DNA of 64,000 nucleotides from Utricularia gibba. Its lineage: Eukaryota; Plantae; Magnoliophyta. Positions within the stretch are counted from its first letter, which is position 1. Every line of letters begins with the position of its first letter. Made by a program: the position numbers and the translations under genes. Below the pieces are notes generated by a model that was not told where the DNA came from, searched no databases, and saw only the letters and a list, made by a program, of their open reading frames with translations. Of the stretch, positions 28,101 to 39,468 are shown piece by piece. The DNA lies in the NCBI GenBank assembly GCA_002189035.1, contig NEEC01000009.1, positions 186,001 through 250,000 of the forward strand, written 5' to 3'.

Positions 28101-28336
28101 ACCCTCCCCGTCAAATTAGTTGTGAAAAGCTGTCTTCCTCACGGGCATCACAAAAACAATCATCTCTCACGGATTCTCAAAAATTGGAATGTACAACACA
28201 TACCAAATCGTCTAAATCGCAGATGGCGAGCCGGTGATTGAAAGCTCGTCGACGGTAGAACCGACCCCAGTCGACTGGGTCCATCGATGGGGTAAGACCC
28301 TGCTAAAAAGTGCTTCGCGGCGAGAGAAGACGCCAT
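25148..28336 (-). CDS. aroC: Chorismate synthase, plastid-targeted, multi-exon
   Basis: Transit peptide [11 protein letters not shown]; exons [108 protein letters not shown]. Confidence 0.96.
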
Positions 28337-29108
28337 TTTCGGCAAAGAAAGACAGCAGAATGATCCAATACAAGAGAAAAAAAAGGAGACGGAAATGGAA
28401 GGAAGGGTAGCTCGGCAACGGGTTGGTGGCGCCACCAACCGCAACTCAATAACAAACACTTTTTAAGTTTTTTCCGTTCATCTTTTTCACCTCCCCAGTT
28501 TCACCACACCCGCTTTGGGCTCGATGGACCGCTAACTTTTCTCCTGCACCAAAGGATTGGGCTCGCCACCTCCATCTCCATTGGCAGCACGAGGACTGGG
28601 GACATCAGCAGTGCAGGGGATAACCCAGTGGGCCCCACACTAAAACCTACCCCAGAATAATTTCGTAACATTTTTGTTTTAGAATAAATCAAAATTCAAA
28701 AACGATGGTTTTCCAGGAATAAAAAACTGCAATAAATAAAAAAAAAAAACAGAAGGGGGCGGAGGGGGGATGGGGGAGAATTAAAGGCCTCAGCTACCTA
28801 TATGAATAAAATAATGGAAATGAGGAGAGTTGTAGTAATAGAGACCTGCCCTGAGGCTGAGACCTGAACCCAGAACCCAAACATGCATTACATTTACAGA
28901 CGTCCTTTCTGACATGCTTTTCTCTGACTGATTCCAATCCCAGGGCATCCACGGCCCAGATCTCGCCCACATGCCCGCCCGCCCGCCCGCCCGCCCTTGT
29001 CATCGCCACCCGACCCCGACCCCGACCCGACCCGACTCATCATCAGTCCATGCGATCCTACTACAACCCTAGCAGGCCCGGCCAGGGAGCCGAGGGGCAC
29101 ACCTACGG

Positions 29109-29124
29109 GTGTGTGTGTGTGTGT
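29109..29124. repeat. (GT)8 microsatellite
   Basis: Read directly; further CA/GT runs lie at about 29525-29545 and 29678-29692. Confidence 0.85.
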
Positions 29125-29912
29125 GCTGCTGTGGTTTCCACTTACCCACACAGCCAGCATTCTCAACCCCTCTCCGCTCTGGGTTTCGAGACATTCAATG
29201 CCATGCCCTACCACCTGCTGCAAATGCTTTAATGTACACCGATGCTAATCAAACGCTTCGATTTGATGACTCCACGATGTCTTCTATGTGGGAGAATCCT
29301 GTGGGCTTTTCATTTCGTGACTTTCGGACTCGACAACGGGAAAATGTTTGATTAGGGTTAGTTCCCAGAAGCTGCGCTTTTTATGTGAAGGAGGAATAGT
29401 GCAGTACGATGGGGGATTTCGTTTCCTTTCTGAGCTTCTAGCTTGCAGCCATTCATTGCATTTGCACAGAAGATGATAACGGGGGGAATGAATGATGAAA
29501 ATGAACCCTTGGATGAGTAAATGAGTGTGTGTCTGTGTGTGTGTGTTTTCCAGTGCTTTGGGAATTGGGATTTTCGCAATTGATTGCCTCAAGGCACAGC
29601 CCACAGGTTGTAACTTTCATGTTGTCCGTTCATGGAGATGCTTGCGGATCCCATCCAGCCCATATCGGAATCTGCAGCACACACACACACACAACAACAC
29701 ACTGTGCGTGCGTTGTTACATCATCACCCTGCCTCCTCCTCCTCCATGTAATCTATTAATCTTCAGACGACAAGGAAAGTAAAGCAACCCCCTTTTCTGC
29801 ATACCCAGAAGAGAAGCTTCAAATCCCTAATCTTTTCCAATCACACAGAGGATTGCCTTACATCAGGTTCTAGCGAAAAGAAACCCCACTTTTCTCCCCA
29901 TCGTACACGAGG

Positions 29913-30010
29913 CGAGGATATATGCTTGGCTCCTCATACGCCATCCGCGGAGAGCCATCGGAGACACCGAAAGGCTCCGCATATGGCATACAGGGAGCCA
30001 GGCATATACA
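29913..30010 (-). ncRNA. MIR160: MIR160 precursor hairpin
   Basis: 29984-30004 reverse complement is UGCCUGGCUCCCUGUAUGCCA (miR160-5p). 29921-29941 reverse complement is GCGUAUGAGGAGCCAAGCAUA (miR160-3p). The arms are 42 nt apart. Confidence 0.97.
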
Positions 30011-30387
30011 TACATACAGACAGACAGACAGACGTTTGCTGTGTATGTGCCGTCACCGTTGGTTCTAGCAGCTGCAAACGAAATCTGCGAAGCTCCTAGG
30101 CCCATGCATCATCAAAAGCGCAAGGCTGCATGTAGGAATTAAAAAGAAAAACTCTCAAATGGTGCAGAACAAAGAGGTTTAGGGCACACAAAACACCCCC
30201 CCCTTTTGAGATTCAGCAAGAGCAAAGCAGCATAACAGCTAGGAGAAACACAGAGAGAGGGATGGAGAATAAACGCAAACAGGAGAAAGCAGTGGATGAA
30301 CACCATACAAGGGCTCCCCTTGAGAGAAATAGGGAAGGAAGCCTTCGTGAGGCCTCTGTGATGCAGTTGAAAACTACATCGCCCCAC

Positions 30388-30395
30388 TTAATATA
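30388..30395 (-). promoter_or_regulatory. Probable TATA box of pri-MIR160
   Basis: TATATTAA on the minus strand, about 30 nt upstream of an initiator-like CATCA near 30360 and about 380 nt upstream of the hairpin. Confidence 0.5.
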
Positions 30396-33300
30396 GGCAA
30401 CAGGTACACACAGCCGCGGTGTGCTATTCCTGAATTCATAAATCATTAATCTTTTTTTACTGAATATTTATAGAATGTATTCTTCTCGCCATTTCCGAAG
30501 CCAAGATTTGAACTTCGAATTTCCTTCTTCTTCTTCCTCTACTCCAGAGTCGTAAAGCAAATGCTGCTTTTATCTTCTGAACAGAAAAATCTTTTGTCTT
30601 GGAGTGTTTGGAGGGACATTTGATTCCTTTCTTACACACACACATTCCATCCCAACTTTCCCTCCTTCCCCACTTGAACAAAATCCACCCCCCACATCTT
30701 TTTGCTTAAAAAAATCATCTTTGAATCATAAATGTGGATTTGGTAAACCGTTAATTACCTATTTGGGAAGCATTAAGACAGAAAGGTGTCTCGATTTTCC
30801 TTGCTTTCCGGAGGAGATTCTTAATAAGTAGTTCAGCGTTGTCCCTTTGGTATAACCCTTAAATTCCTTTGAATTCAACCTACTGTTTTTTTATCCTTGA
30901 TTCACTTTCCTCCATAATGAAATTCTAACACGTAGTTATTCCCAAGGTCCTTTTTTTTTTTAACATTGAATATGAAAAAAGTGCGAGTCTTGATTTTCAT
31001 TCAGGTTGTATGTTCGGGGTGCTTTAAACCCTAATTAACCGCCGGTCGACACGAACCCCCCAAATCTTCACAGCTGGAATTTTGTGAGGGTAATATCAAG
31101 GTGAATAGCGCCATTTTTTTTTTTTTTTTGTCTGGGAATCAGGGATACTCAACTCAATCAGAGGACAAGTGACGTCCCTCCACACAAGAAGAGTACATTC
31201 CAGGGATTGCATTGCAATTACGCCTTTTACCCTCCAGGGTAACTGATTTTTAACTGCTCCACAGTCACCTAAGTAACCCCATTTTACTTGAAATCATTGA
31301 GTACGCACCAAATGGAGAGTTGAGGGGGTTTCATGCTCCGAGATCTAGTCTAGCCTTGGATGCCTGCAGGAATGTCCACTGACCACTCCCTATGAGACCA
31401 AAATGCCCGAACTCTGGTTTAGTATGTAAGACAGTTAAATCATATCACAGAAGAATGTGCGAAGCCGACCAAGCAGTTATCGCAGACAACACGTGAAATC
31501 TATAAAAAGCCTGGATTATCTTTTAAAAATCAAAGACAGGATTTCACCCCATTTTCTACTGAGGTTTGAAAAAAAGAAGTGCAAGGTCAAAATTTACTGA
31601 GGGGAAGATGGGTTCCTGATGTCCGCTCAGAGTCCATCCCCATCCCCCATGGTGCCTTTTCTTTTCCTTTTGGTTGCTGCAGACAAACCTACGCCATATG
31701 TTGTTGTATAGACAGAGTCCACCATCCATTATCTGTTTTTATTTTAAGATTGTGAAGAGCAAGTAGGCCACTGTAAACGATTCATTGAGGGGGCCGAGTA
31801 GATAACGAACTAAATAACCAACCCGAGTGTGGTCTTTGAATAGAAAGAGGAAGTGGGTGGTGCTGGCTGCTTGGTTGGCCCCTGCATTTCTTTCTTTCTT
31901 TCTTTCTTTCTATCTTTGTATGCACCGCGGGAAGGGAGCGGAGAGGGATGAAGAGGGTGCAGCAGCAGCATTCCTCTCCTCTCGTTTCCTTTGCTTTGCT
32001 TTGGTTGCAGTGAATGGATGTGTGTGAATGAGAGGGGAGGGGAGTCGGGATTTGGATGTCAAGTTCACACTAAATCTTTTGAGTCGTCAAGTCCTTATCC
32101 CAATACGAATCTCTTGCTGTCAACAATCAAAGTTTTCATTTATAGCCGGCCAAAGCTCCCCTCCCCGCGTCAATGACACCCTTGCCCCTCTCCGACCCGA
32201 CCCGACCCGACCACCCAATCACCACCGTCATTTCAGGTGAGTTGAATCGAATTGGAGGGGAGCCAGCCAACCAGCCAGCCGTAAGTATCTATCACTCACG
32301 GCTTTTAATTCTCGTAAATTTTGTGTTGATAAACTGATTTAAATAAAAATAAGGATCTTACTTGAAATTATCTTAATTTCAATTTCCACTTACGTCTCCT
32401 GTAAAATTCATCTTTTTTTTTGAAGTTTAGGATGATAGAAGAGTGTTGTTATTAAAAAATGAATATAATTTTGTAGATAGAATGTGCATTTGATTAGGTC
32501 CGGGCTCCAGTTGATTCAACGGAAGCAAGAGTGGCCGAGTTGTGAGTCGTGGTAGTGAAGCATCACCGAGTATCAAGATTGTGATGCTGATGTTGGAGCA
32601 TCATCATTCATCCCATTCCCAGTCCCAGTCCCAGCCCTCCAAAGGGGGCGGGGAGGGGCGGGCGGTGTCTCCTGGCGGCAGGCAGAGCGAGAGCAGCACA
32701 GTTTTTTTTTGTTTCTTGACAGGAAAAAAGAAAAGGGGGTGCTGTGCTTTACTCTATGCTTGTGTTATTTTATCGTTTAGGTTGTTGGAAGGAAGAGGTT
32801 TGGGAATCAGAATCTCCATTTTTGGTCTGGTCTGGTTGGTGTATGCTGCTGCTGCTGCTGCGGGTTTCGCTCTTTTTCATGGTCTGTGGAGGCTCGCTCC
32901 TCCGGCTCCTCTTTCTCACAGGCTCAACACACAGCACGAGAAGGAAGAAAGAAAGAAGACACATGCGCGCGCGCGCATGCTGCAGCGCTGCTCTGTTCTG
33001 CAGTCTGCTGTCCCACAACACAACTAACATGACGCTGACCACCAGGATATCTATCTATCGCTCCAGCCCCCACCCCCACTCCTGCTCTCTCATCTCCAAT
33101 CTTTTAAATCTTCACAATCGAAAAGGCTAATATACTTTTTTAAAATAATTTTATTTAATTATTAAATATTTTAATATTTAAATGTTATGAAAAATAAGAA
33201 ATTTTAATTTTACTATTAACTTCATAAATTATTAAATTTTTGAAATCTACGTTTTAATGATTAAATAAAATATTAATTAAAAATTATATTTATTTAATTT

Positions 33301-33624
33301 TATCTATTTAAAAATATGTTTATATCATAATAATTTAATATATTATTTTATAAATTTTATAATATAAGTTTATACTATTATATCAAATAATTTTATAATT
33401 TTAAAATTGATTCTATTCATATAATTTTAAAACTGATTTTATTTAACATAATGTGAATCATAACTTCCAATTACATGACAAGTTTCAAATATTTTTAAAG
33501 TTTTTCCATGATTTTATTTTTCTGGATTAAATCCCAAAGTCAACATTTTTTTATGAATTTTTTTGATATTGGATGCCAATGCCTAACCTACAAACAAAAA
33601 GTGCATTAGAAGTGACATGGTTGT

Positions 33625-33745
33625 CTATATGACACTTTAATTTAAAGAGATTAGCAATTTAAGAGCATGAGGTGATTTTGATGCTTAAAAAAACCATTTA
33701 AATCTATTCTTAAAAGAATGAATGTTTTGTAACTAGACTATAAAA
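33625..33745 (-). mobile_element. LTR remnant homologous to the first ~120 bp of the LTR at 48688
   Basis: 17-bp exact catgaggtgattttgat at 33666 and 48729, with colinear similarity on both sides (aatttaaa, attag, ttgtaac.agactat). Confidence 0.65.
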
Positions 33746-34532
33746 AAAATCTTTAAGGAGGTAGTAGTCTTTTTTCCAGTTATGTACCTTGCTAGATATA
33801 TGCGAGTGTGCGCGAATGTAAGTTCTAAGGCGGAGTTTCAAGAACTCTGTCTCTAACGCTCGGTGATACCCACCCCTAAAATCATTCTCAATTTTCCAAC
33901 CTTCTTTCACTATCTGCTTCAAACCATGCAACATGTCTTTCTCCTCATCTGGCTTCCAGGCGCGTTTTGTTTTCTTGTGAGACTCTTCCACCACGATTGG
34001 GTTGTGCATACCTGCAATCTGTGCTGGAGAAAAGAAAACAGCAAGAAAAAAGCACCTACACCGAGCACTTACCACAAGTAAACCGTAAAATTCACTCAAA
34101 ATTCAACGGATTTCAAACGACAAACTCTGCGCAACGAAGAGAGTATACAAACTGGACTTAACCCATGGCTCTTCACTCTCAATTACTTGTGAAATCGAGA
34201 GATCTCGTCGACCGACAGCACCGCGACAACCGAGTGTGAAAGTCGGTGGACGAATTGGGAAAACTAGGTAATAAAGAGTAATATGTCTGATTGGTTAAGT
34301 CGGTGTGGAAGGCGGTGGACGAGTGTGAAAGACTATATTGGTAAATTCCCATGAAAATTATGTATAAACCCAATTTTATACCAACCAACCAAACGTGGGT
34401 TCATTTAAACCCAAATAATGTAAACCCATCAACCAAACACTATTTCTAAACCCTAAACCCACGAAATCGGGTTCCCTAAACCCAAATAAACTAAACCTGG
34501 GTTTAGGCCAAACCCAGCAACCAAACGCGCCC
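33746..34532 (-). mobile_element. Harbinger fragment A: right end plus 5' part of the Myb/SANT gene; left part deleted
   Basis: Near-identical to 42390-43154 (MHNPIVVEESHKKTKRAWKPDEEKD...). Ends in TIR aaccaaacgcgccc (34519-34532) followed by TAA. Confidence 0.88.
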
Positions 34533-35005
34533 TAAAGACTCGTTTGGTATGATGTTTTAGTATTAGAGTGCTTTTAGAAACTAGGGAAAATAAAATCATC
34601 ATAGATGGGTTTAATTAGTTTGGTATGATAGTTTATTTTACAAGGGATAATAAAAAGTGTGTTTGGTTGGATATGTTAAAATTCTGATTTTAATGAAATT
34701 TTACCATTATACCCTTATTAATTGATATAATTAATTTTCCCCAAATTTGAGTCTTGTGTTCCTTGAGAGAAAATTGATATTCCCTCTACGCAGACTAGTG
34801 CCATTGAAGTTCCTCTAAAACGCTATTCAAGTTGAATTTTCTAGCAAGAAAACTGCTCGAGTTCTTTACGGTTCAAGTCCCAACACTCCTGGTGAGTTCT
34901 TGCTCGTGATTTCATTTCAATGTTATGTGGGTAATTCAAGCATGAAATGTTTTTTTTTTTTATTTTCTAACCATATTTTGTATTTGAATGGGCTTTTGTT
35001 GTAGG

Positions 35006-36347
35006 ATGGATGAGTTTTCAGAATTTGTGATGTTCCTTGTTCTTCAACAAGCCATTTTTTCACAATTCATTTGGTTGTGCCTATTACTTGCTCTTTTGCT
35101 AGAGCAAACTGAACAAAATCAGAAAAGTAAAAAACGAAAGTACTCCATGATTGGTAGAATGAATATACAGTCTTGGCATCTTCAGCATCTTATTGGTTAT
35201 AGTGATTTTGCTTGTTTGGATAATTTGCGAATGACTAGAAATGCCTTCGGTAGATTTAGTTTGTTGGAAAATGCTGGTGGTTTAATGAATTCAAGGCATG
35301 TGTCTATACCTGAGAAAGTATCTATTTTTTTGGGAGTTTTATCTCATCATAAGAAGGTACGTATTCAATCTCATGATTTCATTAGATTGAAGCACACAAT
35401 ACATAAATACTTTCATGAGGTTTTGAGAACTATAATAAAGCTACACCCCATCCTACTCATGAAACCTACACCAGTGACAACAAATTTTGAAGAAACTCCT
35501 TGGAAATATTTTGTGGTTAGCATCCAGGTGTTTTTATTTGAATTATATGTGGTTCTTCATTTTTTTTCTTAATGGCAGGGATGTCTTGGAGCTTTGGATG
35601 GAACATACATTCAGGCAAAAGTGCGTGTTGATGAACAAGGCCGATATCGTTGTAGAAAAGGATACACTTGTTTAAACGTACTTGGAGTGTGTGATATACA
35701 CATGAGATTTGTATACGTGTTATCTGGATGGGAAGGATCAGTTGCAGATAGCAGAGTTTTACGAGATGCTCTAACAAGGAACAATGGATTTCGTGTTCCT
35801 CGAGGTATATTCTTATTCATTGTTATTATATGAAGTATTTCAACCCATTGAGATCATAATAGCTACATTTAATTTTTTTAATTGGTTTATCAAATTATTT
35901 CAGGAAATTATTATCTATGTGATAATGGTTATATGAATTGTGAAGGATTTCTTACACCCTATCGTGGAGTTCGATATCACTTGAAAGAATGAGTCAACGG
36001 TAACTTAGCACCTCAAAATTCAAGAGAATTATTCAACTTGAGACACTCCAAAGCGAAATATAATTGAGAGAACTTTTGGTTTACTTAAAATATGTTGGGG
36101 GATTCTACGAGATAGTTGCTTTTACAATGTGGATATACTCAGTTTCATTATTTTGGCATGTGCACTTCTCCACAACTTTATTCGAATCACTGATCCGGAT
36201 GATCCTCTTGAAAGTTTATTGCAACAAAGTTATGTAGACAACACATTACAAGGAGATGATGACTACATAGATACATTGGACTCGAGTAATGCTTGGATGC
36301 AGTGGCGAGATTCATTGGCAATGACTTGGTACAATCAATGGCATTAG
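35006..36347 (+). pseudogene. Harbinger DDE nuclease (DDE_Tnp_4/HARBI1-like) pseudogene of element B
   Basis: DNLRMTRNAF, GCLGALDGTYI, NVLGVCD, GWEGSVADSRVL, YYLCDNGY, PYRGVRYHLKE* (premature TGA), frameshift near 36055, LACALLHNFIR. Confidence 0.9.
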
Positions 36348-36748
36348 TGAAGTAATGTCTTAATTTCTAGGTTTATCTCCATGTCTAGTGTAATAGTCTA
36401 TCGTTCATGTCTAGTTTAACATCAATGCTCCTTCCTAGTTTGCTTGCAACAGACTTCATTTATGATCATTATGTATTTCAGGACGATGATAATGTATAAC
36501 TGTTTATTAACTCAGACTTTTATTTTTTTATTTTAATGTTCAACCCTTCCTAATCCTATTTTTTGGTTATCGGATAAAACAAATGCATTCACTAGGAGGA
36601 AGTCAGCTTTTAGTGCCATACTTCATGATTTAAATGGTTTTCACATTTTTAGTTTTTCTATTTCGTGCGTCGATCAAAAGAAGCCTCATTAATGCCTTTT
36701 TACATCAAAGTGATTGATGTCGTTAACCAAGTACTTCATGAGTTCATC

Positions 36749-36798
36749 GAATGCCACACGGGCGTGGTTTATGCATAAACCACGCCCGTGTGGCATTC
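36749..36798. repeat. Perfect 50-bp spacer-less palindrome
   Basis: gaatgccacacgggcgtggtttatg|cataaaccacgcccgtgtggcattc; all 25 pairs checked. Confidence 0.97.
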
Positions 36799-37401
36799 TG
36801 GTGTACACTCGATCCAAATTACTCATATTTTTAAAATAAATTAATAACCACTCGATCCGAATCATGCCTAAGGATCGAGCGCATATTTTTCATTTTAATT
36901 AGTCTTCGATCCTTAGGTATGACTCGACCCCTAAGGGCGCGTTTGGTTACTGGGTTTAGGTGGGTTGCGGCGTGGGTTTAGTCATAAACCCAGTTTGGTT
37001 CGTGGGTTTCAGGTGGGTAAAAATAAACCCACCTGTTGACCATAAACTAGGCGGGAACCCGTGGAGTTGGGTTTAGCTAAAGCCAGGGGGGTCGGTTTAG
37101 CTAAACCCAGCAACCAACTTCCACTTTTGCCCTCGCGTGAACTGCATTTGAACGCAGGTCTACAACCCAGAATTCGTTCATGCTTTGCCAGTGGCGTCGC
37201 CTGTTCTTTGAGCGCAAGAGGGTAGGTCTTTCGGTAAGTATGCTTTCTGTTCTTGGTGGGTTGGTCCACGGTAGCACCGCGAGGGGCCAACCACGGCAGC
37301 ACCGTGCTTGTGGATTTTTATCTGTGAATTTCCAATTTCAAAATCTGCGGTGCTGTTTCAGTGAACCTATTTTGCTCAATTTTGGTGATTGTTGAGGTGA
37401 C

Positions 37402-38745
37402 ATGGATTTTTTCACGGAGGGTCATGTCATCTTGAGTGTGGCAGTGGCAGTTTTAACTGAATACTTAGTGCAGATGAATGTGTTAGTATACTTACATTTA
37501 AGGAAATACCGTAGGGGATATAGGGTGAGACACAAGTATTCACTTACACACAAGATTCCTAGACAAGTTGAGTTTATTAGTAGGTTGGTGAGTGATGTGA
37601 ACAGCGCATCCATTGAGAATTTGAGAATCAGCCGAGATACGTTGGGTGCTTTATGTAGTCTATTAGAAAATCGTTCTAACTTAAAGGCTGGAAAATATGT
37701 AATGGTTCCGGAGATGGTTTGCATGTTTTTAGGAATATTAGATCATCGTAAAAAAATGCGGTGCAGAAGCATACCTACGGGAGGAGCAGAGAGACTGTGT
37801 CCCGGTGCTTCCAAAAGGTGTTGCATGCGGTGCTTTGCCTCCATGAGGTGATGTTAGAGACCCCGGTAGTCGCTGCAGAACGTGCATCCGAAAGAAAGTT
37901 TAAACACTTCCAGGTTGACACATCTTTCATGCTTCTTTTTACGGATGTGTATCCTAAAATTGATTATGCATTTGCAGGGTTGTCTTGGAGCCATAGATGG
38001 CACATACATCGGTATACGAGTTAACAAATGTGATGCTGCAAGATATAGAAATCGAAAGGGGGTGATATCCACCAACGTGTTGGGTGTATGTGATGAACAC
38101 ATGAAATTTATATATGTGTTTGCTGGGTGGGAGGGGTCTACTGCAGATAGTCGGGTGCTTAACGATGCACTATCACGATCCGACGGCTTCCGTGTATGCC
38201 CAGGTATTTCACTTGCTTAGCCCTTGCACATGTGATTCCAATGATTTTATGCACCTGGTATACATGATGACACAGGAACGTATTACCTATGTGACAATGG
38301 ATACGCCAATAGGGAGGGCTTTTTGGCACCATACCGTGGAGTCCGTTACCACTTGAAGGAGTGGGGCCAGGGAAATGGAGCACCCCAGAATGCGAAGGAG
38401 TTATTCAACATGCGGCATGCATCAGCCAGAAATGTGATCAAACGAGCTTGGGGCTTAATGAAGATGCGGTGGGGTATACTACGGACGGCTAGCTATTATT
38501 CCGTAGACACACAGAACCGCATTGTATTGGCTTGTGTTTTACTTCATAACCTCATTCGAAAGGAGATGGTGGTCGATCCCTTGGAGGATTAGGTCCCATT
38601 GGACTTCTAGGATGAAGCTGGGGACACGAGTGATCCAGAAGATGTCACGACATCTGCCGGAGGAAATCAGGCATGGAATAGGTGGCGTGACCAGCAAGCC
38701 GAGGGGATGTACATCGAGTGGCTGTCATCCCGCAGGCGCCGCTAG
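37402..38745 (+). pseudogene. Harbinger DDE nuclease of element C (3 exons, disrupted)
   Basis: ENLRISRD, RSRETVSR, GCLGAIDGTY, GWEGSTADSRVL, YYLCDNGY, APYRGVRYHL, RNVIKRAWG, LACVLLHNLIR. Frameshift at the A7 run 37750-37756; in-frame TAG at 38590 and 38608. Confidence 0.92.
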
Positions 38746-39468
38746 TGTAGCACTGTTTTAGACATTGTCAGTGGTTTTCCTTAATTCCCGTACCGAACCT
38801 ATCGTGTCGTTTGTACTCCAACTTGAACTTGAAATTGCAAAGTATTTGGTAGTGGATGCACAAAATGTTAGGATTGTACAAAAAAATGTCGTATGTTACC
38901 ATGTGGTATTAATAGCGCTGGGGTATTATTGGTCAAATGGGGTATTAATAGTGCTGGTACATGTTTCACCCACGCTAACATGTACTAGCTGCATATACAT
39001 CTAAATGCTGGTTCTTAATGATAGCGCTTAATACCCCACTGGTATTATTGTACATGTTAGCTGGTACAATAATACTCCATTTGACCAAACACCGCGATTC
39101 GTAATATGCGGTGTTTCTAAATGCTTGAGGTACGCTACGCATTCCACAGCACCGCGAAAACATAATCCGGTGTTCTGAGTTCCAAAAACAAATTGCCATA
39201 AAATATTGCAGTTATCCAGCATTAAATGCGAAGGGCGGTTGAAACCGCCCATCGCTATTAATCCCCCCCTACGCACAATAAAGGCGCCTGACATTGTGCA
39301 CTTTCCAAAACAACTTCATTAATTCTGCCCGTCCCACTCCACCCTTTCGGCAAACGTGCAGCAGCACCGCGAAAACAATCTCCTCGGCAACCTCTCTACA
39401 GCAGCGCCGCGACGGTAGGCACCTTTGCCTTTTGCGTTTCAAATTCTTTGTTGCCATTGTCGAGTAAC

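Noticed and set aside
32555-32605. gcatca/tgatgc-rich stretch resembling miR172
   Set aside because: No AGAATCTTGATGATGCTGC and no extended stem.
32716-32770. TTGACAG...GTGCT..CTCTATGCTT resembling a miR156/157 hairpin
   Set aside because: The arms pair poorly and no mature sequence is present.
32542-33130. Overlapping 90-160 aa ORFs and an 18-bp (GC)n palindrome at 32962-32979
   Set aside because: Low-complexity, SSR-rich sequence; the ORFs lack recognisable domains.
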